From: Glaucostegus cemiculus | Taxonomy: Eukaryota | DNA: 64,000 nt | Direction: 5' to 3' | Assembly: GCA_976551045.1 (NCBI GenBank) | Contig: CDPCPM010000049.1 | Span: forward strand, 6,448,001-6,512,000 | Notes under the pieces: generated by a model | Seen by the model: only the letters and a program-made list of their open reading frames with translations | What the model was told of the DNA's origin: nothing | Databases searched by the model: none | Position numbers and translations under genes: made by a program | In this document: positions 1 through 12,799 of the stretch, piece by piece | How positions within the stretch are numbered: position 1 is the first letter of the stretch | Layout: every line of letters starts with the position of its first letter

Positions 1-1959
1 GCAGCAGATATTCTTTCTCAAACCATTTGATTTTGCCTCCTTTGAGAGTACCCCTTGTTCTCAGTTAGTTCATATTGCTGAAACTGAGAATTTCTACATG
101 TGCAAAGAAAACAACAAAGTGTTTTTATTTTAAGCTGTTTTTTCCCCCAAAAAGCACTAAATCTTAAATCCTAGTTGCTCTATTGTCTGTCCTCAAAGGG
201 AGTTAATGGAGATCCCCCCCCACAAAAGTGAATTATTTATTTAGTTTTGGAAATTCATTATATAATTTCACATAAAAAGATTGAGGGTGATTTGTATCTG
301 CTGCTATGGACATTTAAATTCCATCAGACACTTAAAATATTGTCAAAAAATGCCCCTGCAAACAACAGAAACCAGGAAGACTGCTTGCGCACATATCCTA
401 TGTTTTCTAATGTAGAGTACGATATAAAATATTTATAGTGTTCTTTTAAAGTTTAAAGTGCAAAATCATTGACCAAATTGTACTTGTATTGCAAGCCCAT
501 GAATAGGGCGGGCTCACTTACTCTGTATGGTGAATCACATTTTTTTTTAAAAGTGGAATGTCCTGTTAGTACTGGGAAATTTCAATGACACAGCTTGTAG
601 TGAGTTCAGTGACCTTAATTGTACCCTCCCACTCATTCTAAAGCCTCTTTACACGAAGGAACATTTGAAGTGGAGAAAACCCAGATGCCGCTTGTTTGTA
701 ATTCAGCAAGGGCAGTCTGTACAGTCTTGTCAGAGTGATATATGTACTCTAGACTCCATTGAACATATTAGTTCAATGGTATTAACTAATGCTGAAGGGT
801 AGATTTTGTCATTCACAGCTTTCTGTTTTTCATCTTTCTATGACACTGAAGCAGTCTTTTGCCAAAGTTGTCACTAGTAGTTAGTTAAGGTTAACTTGAT
901 GTTTTCATGGTCATTATTTGAGAATGGTAAGAAACAAGGAAAATACATCTATTAAGTCATGTAACCCTCACAAGAAATATAATTTGCTTACAGAATGATG
1001 ACAGGAGGAATGACTTCTATTTTATGGTCATTACAAACACTGTTCTCTTTTATTATGTGTCTAATGTATAATTGCAAAAAAGTAAAAAAAAAATCTGTTC
1101 TTAAATCTCGAAATTGAAATTTATGTTTAACATATATTTTGAAAAAAAGTTGAGTAGAAGAGTGTGCTTGAACACTTGCATCTGGAACTTCCCCGTGAAT
1201 TCAGCCTTCGTCGGCTAAACAAGCAATATTTGGGCCTAGAAATTCAATCCAGTGGAGCTGTTTCTTTCCATGAAGGATACATATTTCAGTAATGACCGCT
1301 TTCGTAAGCTTCCAGATGATTTCTAGGGAAAAACACAGTAGTAATATTTTCTGGATCATTTCATGCCAGTCTTGGAATTCAACAGACCACTTCCTATCAG
1401 GACAGCAGCTGCATTGATGACATGTTTTAGTATCGGACATGCCTCAAATGATGCCATTTCTCACACAACACCATTCTGGGTGAGACTGGGCTGTGTTGTC
1501 CTGAGCAGCACTACTTATTGTCCCCTGGCTTTGCAAGCATGCTTTCTTGGGTATTGAAATTGAAAGGGCCAGTGTGTCTGCAGTCTGCTGCACAACACTT
1601 CAAAGTGACTACTCCTACTCGATTTGAAATGTGCTCCTGTTGTCCACAGAGACTGAACTATACTGCTATTTGAACACTTCAACCATCTTAACTATGGGTG
1701 CTACCTTGGTGCTCCTGTGGATCTGCTGGATAATTCTTGGCTATAGGCCAGGCATCGTAGGCTCCACAGGCAAAATTGGGGATGCTGAGGGGGAAACATA
1801 AAAGTGATCACATTTGTGGATCTCGCCCCAAAGGGTCTGTGGGGATTTGAGCTTCTGTCTGAGAAGCGAAGGTGTGGTCTCCACACGCTTACATCAATGG
1901 CAGGACTGCTTTGCGAGATGAGATCGAGGCCATTGTCACACTCACCCTCTCCAAGATCA

Positions 1960-2450
1960 GCACCACAGGCTTAGATTTGAATACCATTGGCATCCTCAGG
2001 TTGAGATTTCACTGTCTGCACCAATCAGGATCTGCCCTCTGGTACTGACCAAATGGGGCTCCTAATTCAATATCTGCTGCATTCCAGGCACCTTGGCCAT
2101 CAAGATAGCAGATCCTTTGCTATAGGTACTTGAGCAAGTGCAAGAGAAACCAGAGAATGAGGTGAGGAAGGAGGCACAAAACCTCAACGTCAGGCACAGT
2201 TGGTGTCCTTTGAAGAACACAAAGCTTCATGGTATAGAAGGGAAGCCTACACTCTCTGCCACATCTGATTACCACTGATATTTGTGAATACAACACTCCA
2301 TCTATCAATGGGACCAAAGGGCAGCACTGACAGCCACCCCCAGATATTTCCATTGCCAATGCTCCATGACAAGAAACCACACAGGCAGAAGCTATTGCAC
2401 TTCCTACGTGGCTTCACCGAGCTACGCACAAGAGGGAACAACCAGCAATC
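1960..2450 (+). mobile_element. Possible very old RTE-clade LINE 3' remnant
   Basis: PQIFPLPMLHDKKPHRQKLLHF loosely resembles the RTE C-terminal PKQxLYxEL..GKR..GR.K.RF motif. Heavily decayed. Confidence 0.3.
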
Positions 2451-3134
2451 AGATTCTCCTCATGGCCTCTCAAATGTTGTTCCACCTACAAAAGGTGACT
2501 CACATAAAACTTCACCACACAATGACCTTTCTCTATGTCACAAATGAACAATTGTTTAAGGCACATGTTACAATATTATAAATAAATGTCCCATAGAACA
2601 CATCAGCCTTAACTCACTGTACCTGTTGCTTATGAGCATCTCCCCAAAGTGCCTCAGCAATTATTCTCAATGACCAGAGTCTTTGAATGATTTCCTTTTA
2701 GAGTGGTATAAAATGTGCAAGTTACCAGGCTTTGGAGGGAGCAGACTTGATCCGATGGTTCAGTTAATGTCTGCAACCATGTTTTGGGTATCATAGGTTC
2801 ATTGTGAACTCTAAATCAATGCCAGCTCTTATAATTACACACATATAGTCATCCATATAATCGAACAATCTCATTTGAAACTATGGTAATCACAGGTAAG
2901 TGCAAATCTTTCTTTCATTCGAAAGTTGCTTTTGGGTTGGATGCATCTAAGGCTTGCTGAATTCCATGTTATGCAAGGGAAAGAAAGTTATCACTGTATC
3001 CTCAAGTACTATTAAGTTGCTGTGACCACTGAACAATGTGGAATAAATGCATTACTCAGGATGCAGAGTCTCAGAATATATTTCAAGGGTAAGAAGTTGG
3101 AATAAAATGCAGTGTAGGAAAAAAAGCCACGATA

Positions 3135-3265
3135 GTTTTGTCAAGGATAAGTCATCAACCTGAAATATTAACTCTTTTTTTGTCTCTCCACAGATGCTGC
3201 CTGACCTGCTGAACATTTCCAGCAATTTCTGTTTTTGTTTCAGATTTCCAGCATCTGCAACATTG
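3135..3265 (+). mobile_element. Penelope-like element terminal repeat fragment
   Basis: acctgaaatattaactct...cacagatgctgcctgacctgctgaacatttccagca...agatttccagcatctgca. Same motif as the GIY-YIG-linked copy at 31608-32572. Confidence 0.75.
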
Positions 3266-3309
3266 TGCTTTTGAATTAACGTGGACCCCAACAAATAACT
3301 TTGTCAATG

Positions 3310-6300
3310 AGCATTTTGGAGCAGCCATTTTGAGAGAGGCTGCTTTGAATCAAAGTGCCGCTGGTTGGCTACGTTTTTGTAGTTCCAGCAGCCAGAGCAA
3401 CAGAGTGGAAGAGCCAGCAGCTTTTTATTAAAAGAAAGTTGCTTTTTTAAGCAGCTTTTTTTTTTAAAGTTGTTTCTGATTGGCTAAGGGTGTGGTAATT
3501 CAGCCAATAAAAGGAAGGCAGGGTCTAGCAGAATGGCCATTTTGAGAGGGCTGCTATCTAGTCAAAGTGCTGCTAGTTGTCTAAGTGTGGGCTTTGGTGA
3601 ATACTTCAGTGAGGAGGGCAAGTAACACCAGGGTAATGTTTCCTACTACTTCCTAAAGTAGTCAAACTTTTTCATTAAAGCTTATAGACGTGGCAAGTGA
3701 GCTCAGACCCGTATCATGCTCCTCCTGCGCAATGTGGGAACTCAGGGTCCCTGATGACTACATTGTTCAGGAAGTGTGTCCAGCTTCAGCTCCTGACAGA
3801 CCGTATGGTGGCACTGGGGCTGTGCATGGATTCACTTCGGAGCATCCGTGATACTGAGAATATTATGGATAACACATTTAGTGAGTTGGTCACACTGCAG
3901 TTTAAGGGTCTAAGGAAAGGTAGGGAATGAGTGACCAACAGGTAGAGCAGTAGCAGGAAGGTAGTGCAAGAGTTCCCTGTGGTCATCTCTCTCCAAAACA
4001 GACATACCACTTTGGGTACTGTTGGGGGAGATGGGTCATTGGGGAAGGCAGCATTAGCCAAGATCATGGAACCGTGAGTGGCTCTGCTGTTCAGAATGGC
4101 AGAGCTAGAGTGGTAGGGGATGCCATGGTAAGGGATACCATGGTAAGGGGAATAGACAGGAGCTTCTGTGGCCACAAATGGGACTCCCGGTTGGTGTGTT
4201 GCCTCCCAGGTGCAAAGGTCAGGGATGTCTCGAAGTGGCTGCAGGTCATTCTAAAAAGGGAGGATGAACAGCCAGTTTTCATGGTGCATGTAGGTACCAA
4301 TGATACAGGAAAAAAAGCAGGATGAGATCCTACAAGCCAAATTTAGGGTACTAGGAGATGTATTAAAAAGTAGGACCTCAAAGGTAGTAACCTCAGGATT
4401 GCTACCAGTGCCACGTGCTATTCAGAATAGGAATGGCAGCATACTTAGGATGAATATGCGGCTTAAGCAGTGGTGCAGGAGGAAGTGTTTCAGATTCCTG
4501 GGGCAATAGTACCAGTTCTGGGGGAGATGAGACCAATACAAACTGGACGGTGTTCAGATTGCAGGCAGGACTGGGATCAATGTCCTTGGGAGATTGTTTG
4601 TTAGTGCTGTTGGGGAGGGTTAAAGCTAATATAGCAGGGGGATGGGAGTTGATGCAGAAAGACAGAGGGAACAATGCAGAGACTAAAACAAAAGTTAGAA
4701 AAGAGAAAACTAGGAGTAGAGTACAGAAAAGTCAAATGCAAAAGGCAGAAAGATTACTAGATTCTTAAAGGACAATGAGTGTAAGCGCACTTTATCTGAA
4801 TGCTCGTAGAATTCAAAACAAGGTCAGTGAACTTGTGGCACAAATCAGTACAAAGGGGTATGATTTAGTGGCCATTACAGAAATGTGGTTGCAGGGTTAA
4901 GATGATTTGGAATTAAATATCCAAGGGTATCAGGTAATATGGAAGGGCAGGAAGGAAAGGGAGTGGAGTAGCACTCTTAATCAAGGATGAAATCAGGGTG
5001 ATAGTGAGAGATATAAGATCCAAGGAGCAGAATGTTGAATCCATCTGGGTAGAGATTAGGAATAGTAAAGGAAAAGAAATCACTGATGGGAGTTGTCTAT
5101 AGCCACCAAATAATAACATTTCTAATAGCACAGGCAAAAAACCAAGAAGTATCTGATGCATGTAAGAATAGAATGGCAGTTGTCATGGGGTCTTTAACTT
5201 GCACATAGATTGGGCAAATCAAGTTTGTCAAGGCAATCTTGAGGAGGACTTCATGGAATGCATCCATGATAGCTTTCTTGAACAGCATGTTACTGAATCT
5301 ACAAGGGAGCATGCTATCATAGATCTGGTCCTGTGCAATGAAACAGGTGAAATTAACAATCTTGAAGTTAGGGGATCCTCTTGGAAAGAGTGATCACAGT
5401 ATGATTGAATTTCTCATACAAATGGAGGGTGCTAGAACCAATCTGAAACCAGTGTATTCTGCCTAAACAAGGGAGACTACAAAGGGATGAGGGAGGAGTT
5501 GGCTAACGTAGACTGGGAATACAGGCTATATGGTGGGACAGTTGAGGAACAGTGGAAGACTGTAAAAGAGATTTTTCACAGTGCTTAACAAAAGCATATT
5601 CAAGTTAAAGGCAAGGATAGTAAAGGTGGGGAGAGCCAGCCTTGGAAAACTAAGGAAATAAAGAAAGGAATCAAACTAAAAGCTCATGCATACAAAGTCG
5701 CCAAGAGCAGTGAAAAACTGGAAGATGGGGACAAATTTAACTTTAAAAAGCAACAAAGAACCACTAAACAAGCAATAAAGAAAAGGAAGATAGATTTACA
5801 GGGTTTTTACATTTATAGGATAAGTAAGTCCCTTGGTCCCGATAGAATGCATCCCAGGGTACTGAAAGGAATGGTGGAAGTTATACTAGAGGCATTTGTG
5901 ATAATTTACCATAATTCTCTGGACTCTGGGCAGGTCCTGGTGGATTGGAAGACAGTGAATGTCATGCCATTGTTTAAAAAAGAATGTAGGCAGAAGGCAG
6001 GTAACTGTAGGCTGGTTAGCTTACGTCTGTGGTCGGAAAAATGCTGGAAGCTATCATTAAGGAAGAAATAATGAGACAAGTGGATAGAAATAGTTCCATT
6101 AGGCAGACATAGTGTGAATTCAGGAACAGCAGGTCCTGTTTGACAAATTTAATGAAGTTCTTTGAGGATATAATGAGCAGAGTGGATAGAGGGGAACAGG
6201 TGGATGTTGTATTCTTAGGTTTCCAGAAGGCATTTGATAAGGTGCTGCATAAAAGACTTATTCAGAAGAAAAGGATGCATGCCAATACATTACCCCCAAC

Positions 6301-7420
6301 TCCATGTATTGGCATGGATGGAGGATTGGTTAGCCAATAGAAGGCAGAGGGTGGGATAAATGGGAATTTCTCTGGTTGGTGATCAGTAGCGAGGGGGGAG
6401 TGCTACAGTGGTCGGTGCTGGGCCCACAACTATTCATGATATTCATTAACAATTTGGAAGAGGGGACCAAGTGTACATATCTAAATTTGCTGATGACATT
6501 AAACTGAGTGGAAAAGCAAATTGTGCGGAGGATGTGGAGAGTCTGCAGAGCGATATAGGTAGGTTAAGTGAGTGGGCAAGGGTCTGGCAGATAGAGTACA
6601 ATGCTGGTAAATGTGAGGTAATCCACTTTGAAAGGAAAAATAGAAGATCAGATTATTATTTAAATAGTGAAAGATTACAGCATGCTGTTGTGCAGAGGGA
6701 CTTGGGAGTGCTTCTGAATGAATCGCAAAAGGTTGGTTTGCAGGTGCAACAAGTTATCAAGAAGGCAGATGGAATGTTGGCCTTCATTGCTAGAGGGATT
6801 GAATTTAAGAGCAGGGAGGTTATGCGGCAACTGTACAGGGCACTGGTGATACCACACCTGGAGTACTGCGTCCAGTTCTGGTCTCCTTACTTGAGGAATG
6901 ATATGCTGGCTCTGGAGGCAGTGCAGAGGAGGTTCACCAGGTTGATTCTGGAGATGAATCGGTTAGCCTATGAGGAGAGATTGAGTTGCCTGGGATTTAT
7001 ACTCCCTGGAATTCAGAAGAATGAGAGGGGATCTTATAGAAACACATAAAATTATGAAAGGGATAGATAAGCTAGAGGCAGGGAAGTTGTTTCCACTGGT
7101 AGGTGCGATGAAAACTAGAGGACATAGCCTCAAGATTTGGGGGAGTAGATTTAGGATGGAAATGAGGAGGAACTGCTTTTCCCAGAGAGTAGCGAATCTG
7201 TGGAATCCTGGAATCCAGGGAAGCATTGGTGGTTACCTCATTAAATATAATTAAGACACAGTTGAAGAGATTTTTGCATTACAGGTGAATTAAGGGTTAT
7301 GGGGAAAAGGCATGTAGGTAGAGCTGAGTCCATGGCCAGATCAGCCACGATCTTAACGAATGGCAGAGCAGGCTCGGCGGGACAGTTAACCTACTCTTGC
7401 TCCTATTTCTTATGTTCTTG
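3310..7420 (+). mobile_element. Near-full-length decayed CR1-clade LINE (5'UTR, ORF1 zinc finger + SGNH/esterase, ORF2 endonuclease + RT)
   Basis: ORF1 remnant from ~3690: CSSCAMWE...RKC, GDAMV..RGIDRSFCG, CCLPGAKVRDV, VHVGTND. ORF2 from ~4775: LYLNAR, VAITEMWL, IIDLVLCNE, FQKAFDKV, SKFADD, PHLEYCVQFWSP, TRGHSLK. 3' tail tcctatttcttatgttctt. Many stops and frameshifts. Confidence 0.95.
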
Positions 7421-8174
7421 TGAAACAGCCTGTGTGGATGGGCTTCTAAATCTATCCCAGCCCTACACTCCATTCCTTTTATGGATACCTCCAGGATGGT
7501 GTGGTTTCTGTGGTTATGAAGGCAAAGCTGGGTTTAAATTTAGACCCTTCGTCTATCTAGCCCATGCAATCAATGGCCAACTCTTCATTAACACTTTTTA
7601 TCCTGACTTCCGAATGAGAATGGAGGATTGTATCTAATTAGAGGATCACAAGATCAAAGGATGGAAGAGTTTCCAAACATTATGGTGTACTTTCCTAATA
7701 ATATATATACTGCACACAATATATATTGCCCATATGGGAGAGGGCAGCATCAAAGATGGGGGTAATCTTTTACTGTGATTCAAGTGAACAGAAGATCTTG
7801 TTACCAGTTTGTTGATGGGTTAGTTCCTTCCTTGATATTATCCAGGCTGGTAAAGTGTTCAAGTTTAAATGTGGGGCAGCAGTATGCAATGCAATAGTCT
7901 ATTTCTTATGAGCCAATGCAGTAATGACATTTGGAATAACTGATTATTGGTTTCTTGACTCTTGAAATATTAAACAAAACAATATCAGTGCACATGTAAA
8001 TTATGAAATCAAAATTATTAACAGCCATGTTAGCTTGTATATCTACTACAGTGCTTATCCATTGTCCTTACTGTCCACATTGGCTCTGCTATTCTATCAC
8101 TAGATTTCTGTGCTTCCCACTACTGACAATCTGCTCCTGTTCCCTGATGTGGGCAGTAGATGAATGTGGTGTAA

Positions 8175-8330
8175 AGAACAGAAAATGCAGGAGATATTCA
8201 GCAGGTCAGTCAGAATCTGTGGAGGACCAAACAAGTTAATGTTTCAAATCACTGCCCTTTTATCATAACTTGAAAAGTGAGGATAAGTTTGTCTGAATTT
8301 GCAGGGAGGTGAAGGATGGAGAGAATCAAG
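8175..8330 (-). mobile_element. Penelope-like terminal repeat fragment
   Basis: aaaatgcaggagatattcagcaggtcagtcagaatctgtggag...gttaatgtttca is the reverse complement of the terminal motif. Confidence 0.65.
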
Positions 8331-8619
8331 GGTGTGTTAAGTGATAGGGTATAGACCCAAGTAGTTCAGATGACACGATGACTTTGGAGTTAGCTTGTCA
8401 CCAGATGAATGGTGGCTGTTGGAGAGATAAAAGTAGAAAGAAATTGAACATGCTGGAACCGTGAAATTCAGGGCAGCAGTTGCAGACAATGGGTGCAGGT
8501 CTGCTATGAGCCAGGTGTACAACTACCTTTAAAACTTCCAACTACCTACCAACCCCAACAGGGACTGCTTTCTGAAAGCTGCAGCAATTTTCTGTTAGTG
8601 GAGAGTTAATCATCTTTTA

Positions 8620-9370
8620 TCATTTACAGAATGTGCCATCAGTAAGGCCAGTATTTATTGCCCCTGATAATTGCCATCAAGGAGGTAGAGGCATTTTGGT
8701 GAAGGTACTGCCCCAGTGTTGATGGGTAGGGAGTTCTAGGACTTAGATCTAGTGATGATGAATGAACAACAACTATATTCCCAAATTAAGACAAAGTGCG
8801 AGTTGAAAAGGAACATGCAGCTTTTGCATTCCGATGTGCTTACTGTCTTTGTCCTTTTTAGTGGTAGGGTGCTGTCTGATTAGTCTGTCAAGTAACTGCT
8901 ATGCATTTTGTAGATGCCAGCTATGGTGTGCCAGTGGTGGAGGCAGTGAATGTTTAGGGTGACAGGTGCTTGTCAGATGGGATGCTTTGTCCCAGATGAT
9001 TCACAACTTCTTGAATGCTGTTGAACTGTACTCACCATTGCAAATGGAGTAGACACTCCAAACTCCTGCCCTTCAAATAGTAGAAAGGCTTTGGGGTGTC
9101 AGAAGGAGTCAAAAGGCAGGCATTTCACCACAGGATCCCCAGCCTCTGATCTGCTCCCAGAGCTGTGTTTTATGCTGATGGTCCTGTTGATTTTCTAGTC
9201 TTAGGGCATTGATGGTGGTGGACTCAGCGACCGTAATGTATTGAAATATCAACAAGAGTTAGTTAGACTCCCTCACATTGAAGAAGTTCATTGCACTTGT
9301 GTGGTGCACATGTCATTTGCTGCTTATAAACCCATGCATGAATGTTGTCTAGATCTTGCTGCATTCAGGC
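8620..9370 (-). mobile_element. Old CR1/L2-group LINE 3' part
   Basis: Begins aaggccagtatttattgccc (reverse of the ...gggcaataaa tail). Internal similarity in reverse to the + strand copy at 44630-45300. Confidence 0.6.
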
Positions 9371-10769
9371 AATGACTATTCCTGATAACATCTATCTGTT
9401 CTCTGACAACAGTCTTCTCCCAGAAAATAGTTAGCAGAGCTCTGATGGTATCAACCCTACTCTCTTCAATTACTTGGAATGATCTCCTCCATCTGTCTCT
9501 GTTGAAGCTGAAATCATTGAGCACTATAGTAGAAAGCTGTCAACAGTGGATGACATGAGTGCTTATCATCCCCAGAGTGGAAATGATGCTTTCCCGGCTC
9601 TGCCTGACCTCACTCGCCAGGTTGGAGCGGACACTACCATAGACTTATCATCTTGTGCATTTAGTCAGACAGGGCAGACAATGCACAAAGCATTCCACTA
9701 TGTATCCACAAAGCCTTTTCCTGAATGCATGCCATGGTGGTCCTCATCTGAGTCCTCTGGGGCAGGACAAATGTATAGATTCTCTCTCTCTTGAGCTAGC
9801 ATATGAGATTCCAGTTGCTTCTTGCCTTACTGCAGCCCACTAATGTCACATATCCTGGTGAAATACGCCCTCTAACTTGTTGTTCATGCCCATGTGGTGC
9901 AAATAAATGAGGTGGAGTTTGGTTGGCTTGGCTGCTATGATACAGAGTGTCCTTCCCCCCCCCCCCCCCCCCATTATCTCTTCATAGGCATTGCATTGTG
10001 CTGCTGCCACCACCTTTTTGTTTATGACACCACAGAAAGTGCAGGTTTGTGGGTGGGGAGACTGTGTGTATGTGTGTTGTGTAAGCTTTGAAGTACAGAA
10101 GGGAAGCTAATTATAAGGGGAGGCCTTTGAGCGTGGGACATTGTTTGAACAAAGTGAAAATATTAGTTGATGGGAGGACAATTGAAAAACAGGTGAAATA
10201 CTTAGAATTCTTACTGCTCTCTGCTCCAGTAAACTGCAGTCAATTTTCCTCATTGGTTCAATGTTTTGCTTTCAAGTTAATAGTATGTCACCTTTTTCCC
10301 TGACACACATGTTCCAATCCTTATTCTGGTGATGTTTCAAAAGTTATACATTTGAGCTGTTTATTTCCTGGTTTGTTGTGCTCTCACAGGATGGTTCACT
10401 CTGGTTGCTCAGCCAGCTTGATATTCAGCAACAATGATGTTATGTAAGGTGCCCCACGTGACAGTGGACGTTTAGCTGCTCAGCCACAGTGGAATCATCT
10501 GATCAGGACCTCATCTCCCTAGATGTCGAAGGGCATTCAGCTCATTGTGGCGAAGGACTGTACCTTCCTTGTTCTGGTGGTCACCATGAGCCATCATCCT
10601 TTACTGTTGATTCAGCATAAAACCACTTTATTCTACAGCACTTCTAAATCTTTCAGTTATATATTTCACCTCCATATATCTTCTCCCTGTCACCTTCCCC
10701 CACCCCCTTCCCATCATCACAAACTTATCCTGTCTGTTCCATCAGAGTTCCCAGTCTTATCAAAATAAG

Positions 10770-11040
10770 ATGGGCTGTGCAGTGACACTGCAACTGTCTC
10801 CCAGCTTAAACAACCCAGGTTCAATCCTGATCTCTGGTGCTATCATTGTGCAGCTTGCATGTTCATCCTGTAACCGTATGGGTTTCCCTTGGGTGCTCAG
10901 GTTTTTTCCCCCATATGCTGGTTGGTAGGGGAATTGGCAAATAAGTTATAGTGAATAAATGGGGAAAGGGATTGATGGGAATGTTCCAAGATGTGGATTT
11001 CATTGATGAACGAAATGACTTCCTGTTAAGTTGTAATGAA
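10770..11040 (+). mobile_element. V-SINE (HE1-like) copy
   Basis: tRNA B-box-like ggttcaatcc, then V-domain gcttgcatgttcatcctgtaaccgtatgggtttcccttgggtgctcaggttttttccc. Confidence 0.75.
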
Positions 11041-12179
11041 AAAAATAGCCACGCCATAAAGCCAACAGAATTTGCATTCATTTGCAGTGCTATGATTTTC
11101 TCATCATCAAAGCATGACACAAAGGTATTCACCAGAAACTATGGTCTCAAAATGTGGATCACTACCACAGATTTTTGGCCCTTATTCATAACAAAATGGT
11201 TCCAGTATCATGTGATATACATGTAGGCATTGGTGCTGTGAGTCGTATCAGATGCCTTGGTTTGTGGACTTCAGCATGTGTGCAAGAGGCGTAACCTCAT
11301 TTTATTCTGACTTACCAAAGAGCAGTAGGTGGAGTGAGCACACAGCTCCACTATTGCAGCCTTCTCTATTGCGCAATCAGGTACTGAACGTCAACACCGA
11401 TATGTAATGCAACAGAAAGATATTCCATGCCTTCTCTGCCCATTGCCATGTGGTCATTTTCAATGCATCAGGCATGTCCTGATGCATCTTCATTCTATGC
11501 TAGTCTGCCATGTCATCTGATTTAGCCTCCATCACAAGACTGAGTGGTGCAGGCTATCCACTGATGCCACTTCTCAGAAAGTTGGTTCACATGCTGTGCA
11601 GGCATGGGCAGAATGGATACAACAAAAGTCATGCTGCCCCACACACAGCGAAGGAGCAGATAGCTGATGTGCTGAAACAACCAGTCCATGATTATTCTGA
11701 CTGACCTCTGCAGCACCAAGCAGAGCGGGTGTCAGTACTCACGGTGCAATGTGTAACACAGCACTGACTTCATTAAGGCACAAACTTGACACCAGGTATG
11801 CAGCAATCAGCTGCATAGCAGGAGGAAGAGAGGCCAGGAAGAATGAGGAACAGGAAAGAAGGAGACAACCTGGATATTTTCCTTTCTGGATTATCTGGGA
11901 ACAACACCCCACTTATTCCAGTAAAATACAACCCAGTTCCCCTTTGCCAACTGTTCCAAGTTTGTCAAATGTCACATCCACTTTGCCACATTGCACAGTT
12001 AAAGTCATCAGAAAATAAACATTGAAAAATAACTTTACAGATGAAATCCTGCCTTTCTGTGTAGAAACGGCAAATAATTACCCTTGTGCCTGCTTTCCTC
12101 ATACCTCTGCCTGCCGTAGTGTTTATACAAATTGTTACACCATTGGCAGCAATGTACCTGGGAGAAGGCCGATGACTTT

Positions 12180-12700
12180 CAGTGGAGGAGATTAGAGCCA
12201 TCCATGGAGGACAACACCTGGGCCTTTAATGCCCATCAGGCCCATCCACCTATTTTCATATTGTTGGCAAACTCGGAAACCTTGTATTTTTGTTTCCTCC
12301 ATGTCATTAATGTAAATAGTAAACAATTGAGGGCCAAATACCAATCCCTGGGGTACTCAACCAGTTGCATCCTTCCAGCTTGGAAAGGACCCATTTATTC
12401 CAACTCTTTGGTATCTATATGACAGCCAACTTTCAATCCAATCTAAGACACTTCCTCCAATACCTTGGACTCATTAATTAATACACCAGTCTCTTATGTG
12501 GCAATTTGTTCAGTGCCTTTTGGAAATTAAATACACTACATCTATAGGTTCCTTCTATCATCTCTCCCTGTCATGGTCTCAAAGAAATTTGAACAAATTT
12601 GTCAAGCGTAATTTCCCTCATATAAAATCACGTTGACTAGGTCTGATTATATTCACCTTTCTTAAATGACTAGTTATTTCCTCTTTGATTATTGACTATA
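12180..12700 (-). mobile_element. CR1 RT fragment
   Basis: cttatgtggcaatttgttcagtgccttttggaaattaaatacactaca is the reverse of the decayed VVYLDFQKAFDKVPH region. Confidence 0.65.
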
Positions 12701-12799
12701 GCATGTGTACTGTAACTATCAAAGCTTATCATCCTGTTTGCTTTTATGTGTTGTGAACACTGTCTTTGGTGGAGGTGGTCAGTATTGTGCTCAGTTGGT

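Noticed and set aside
2702-2901. Possible extra exon: acceptor tttccttttag at ~2701 and perfect donor CAG|GTAAGT at 2893-2901
   Set aside because: 194 nt (frameshifting), in-frame TAG in phase 1, and no SCUBE similarity. No evidence it is used.
6471-7049. 192-aa ORF, the longest in the track
   Set aside because: A fragment of the decayed CR1 RT, not a host gene.
9955-9972. C18 homopolymer (G-quadruplex potential on the minus strand)
   Set aside because: Isolated homopolymer with no supporting context; length is unreliable in assemblies.
10430-10560. Minus-strand GDEVLIR...APY, resembling a retroviral/gypsy integrase C-terminus
   Set aside because: Too short and interrupted by stops to call.
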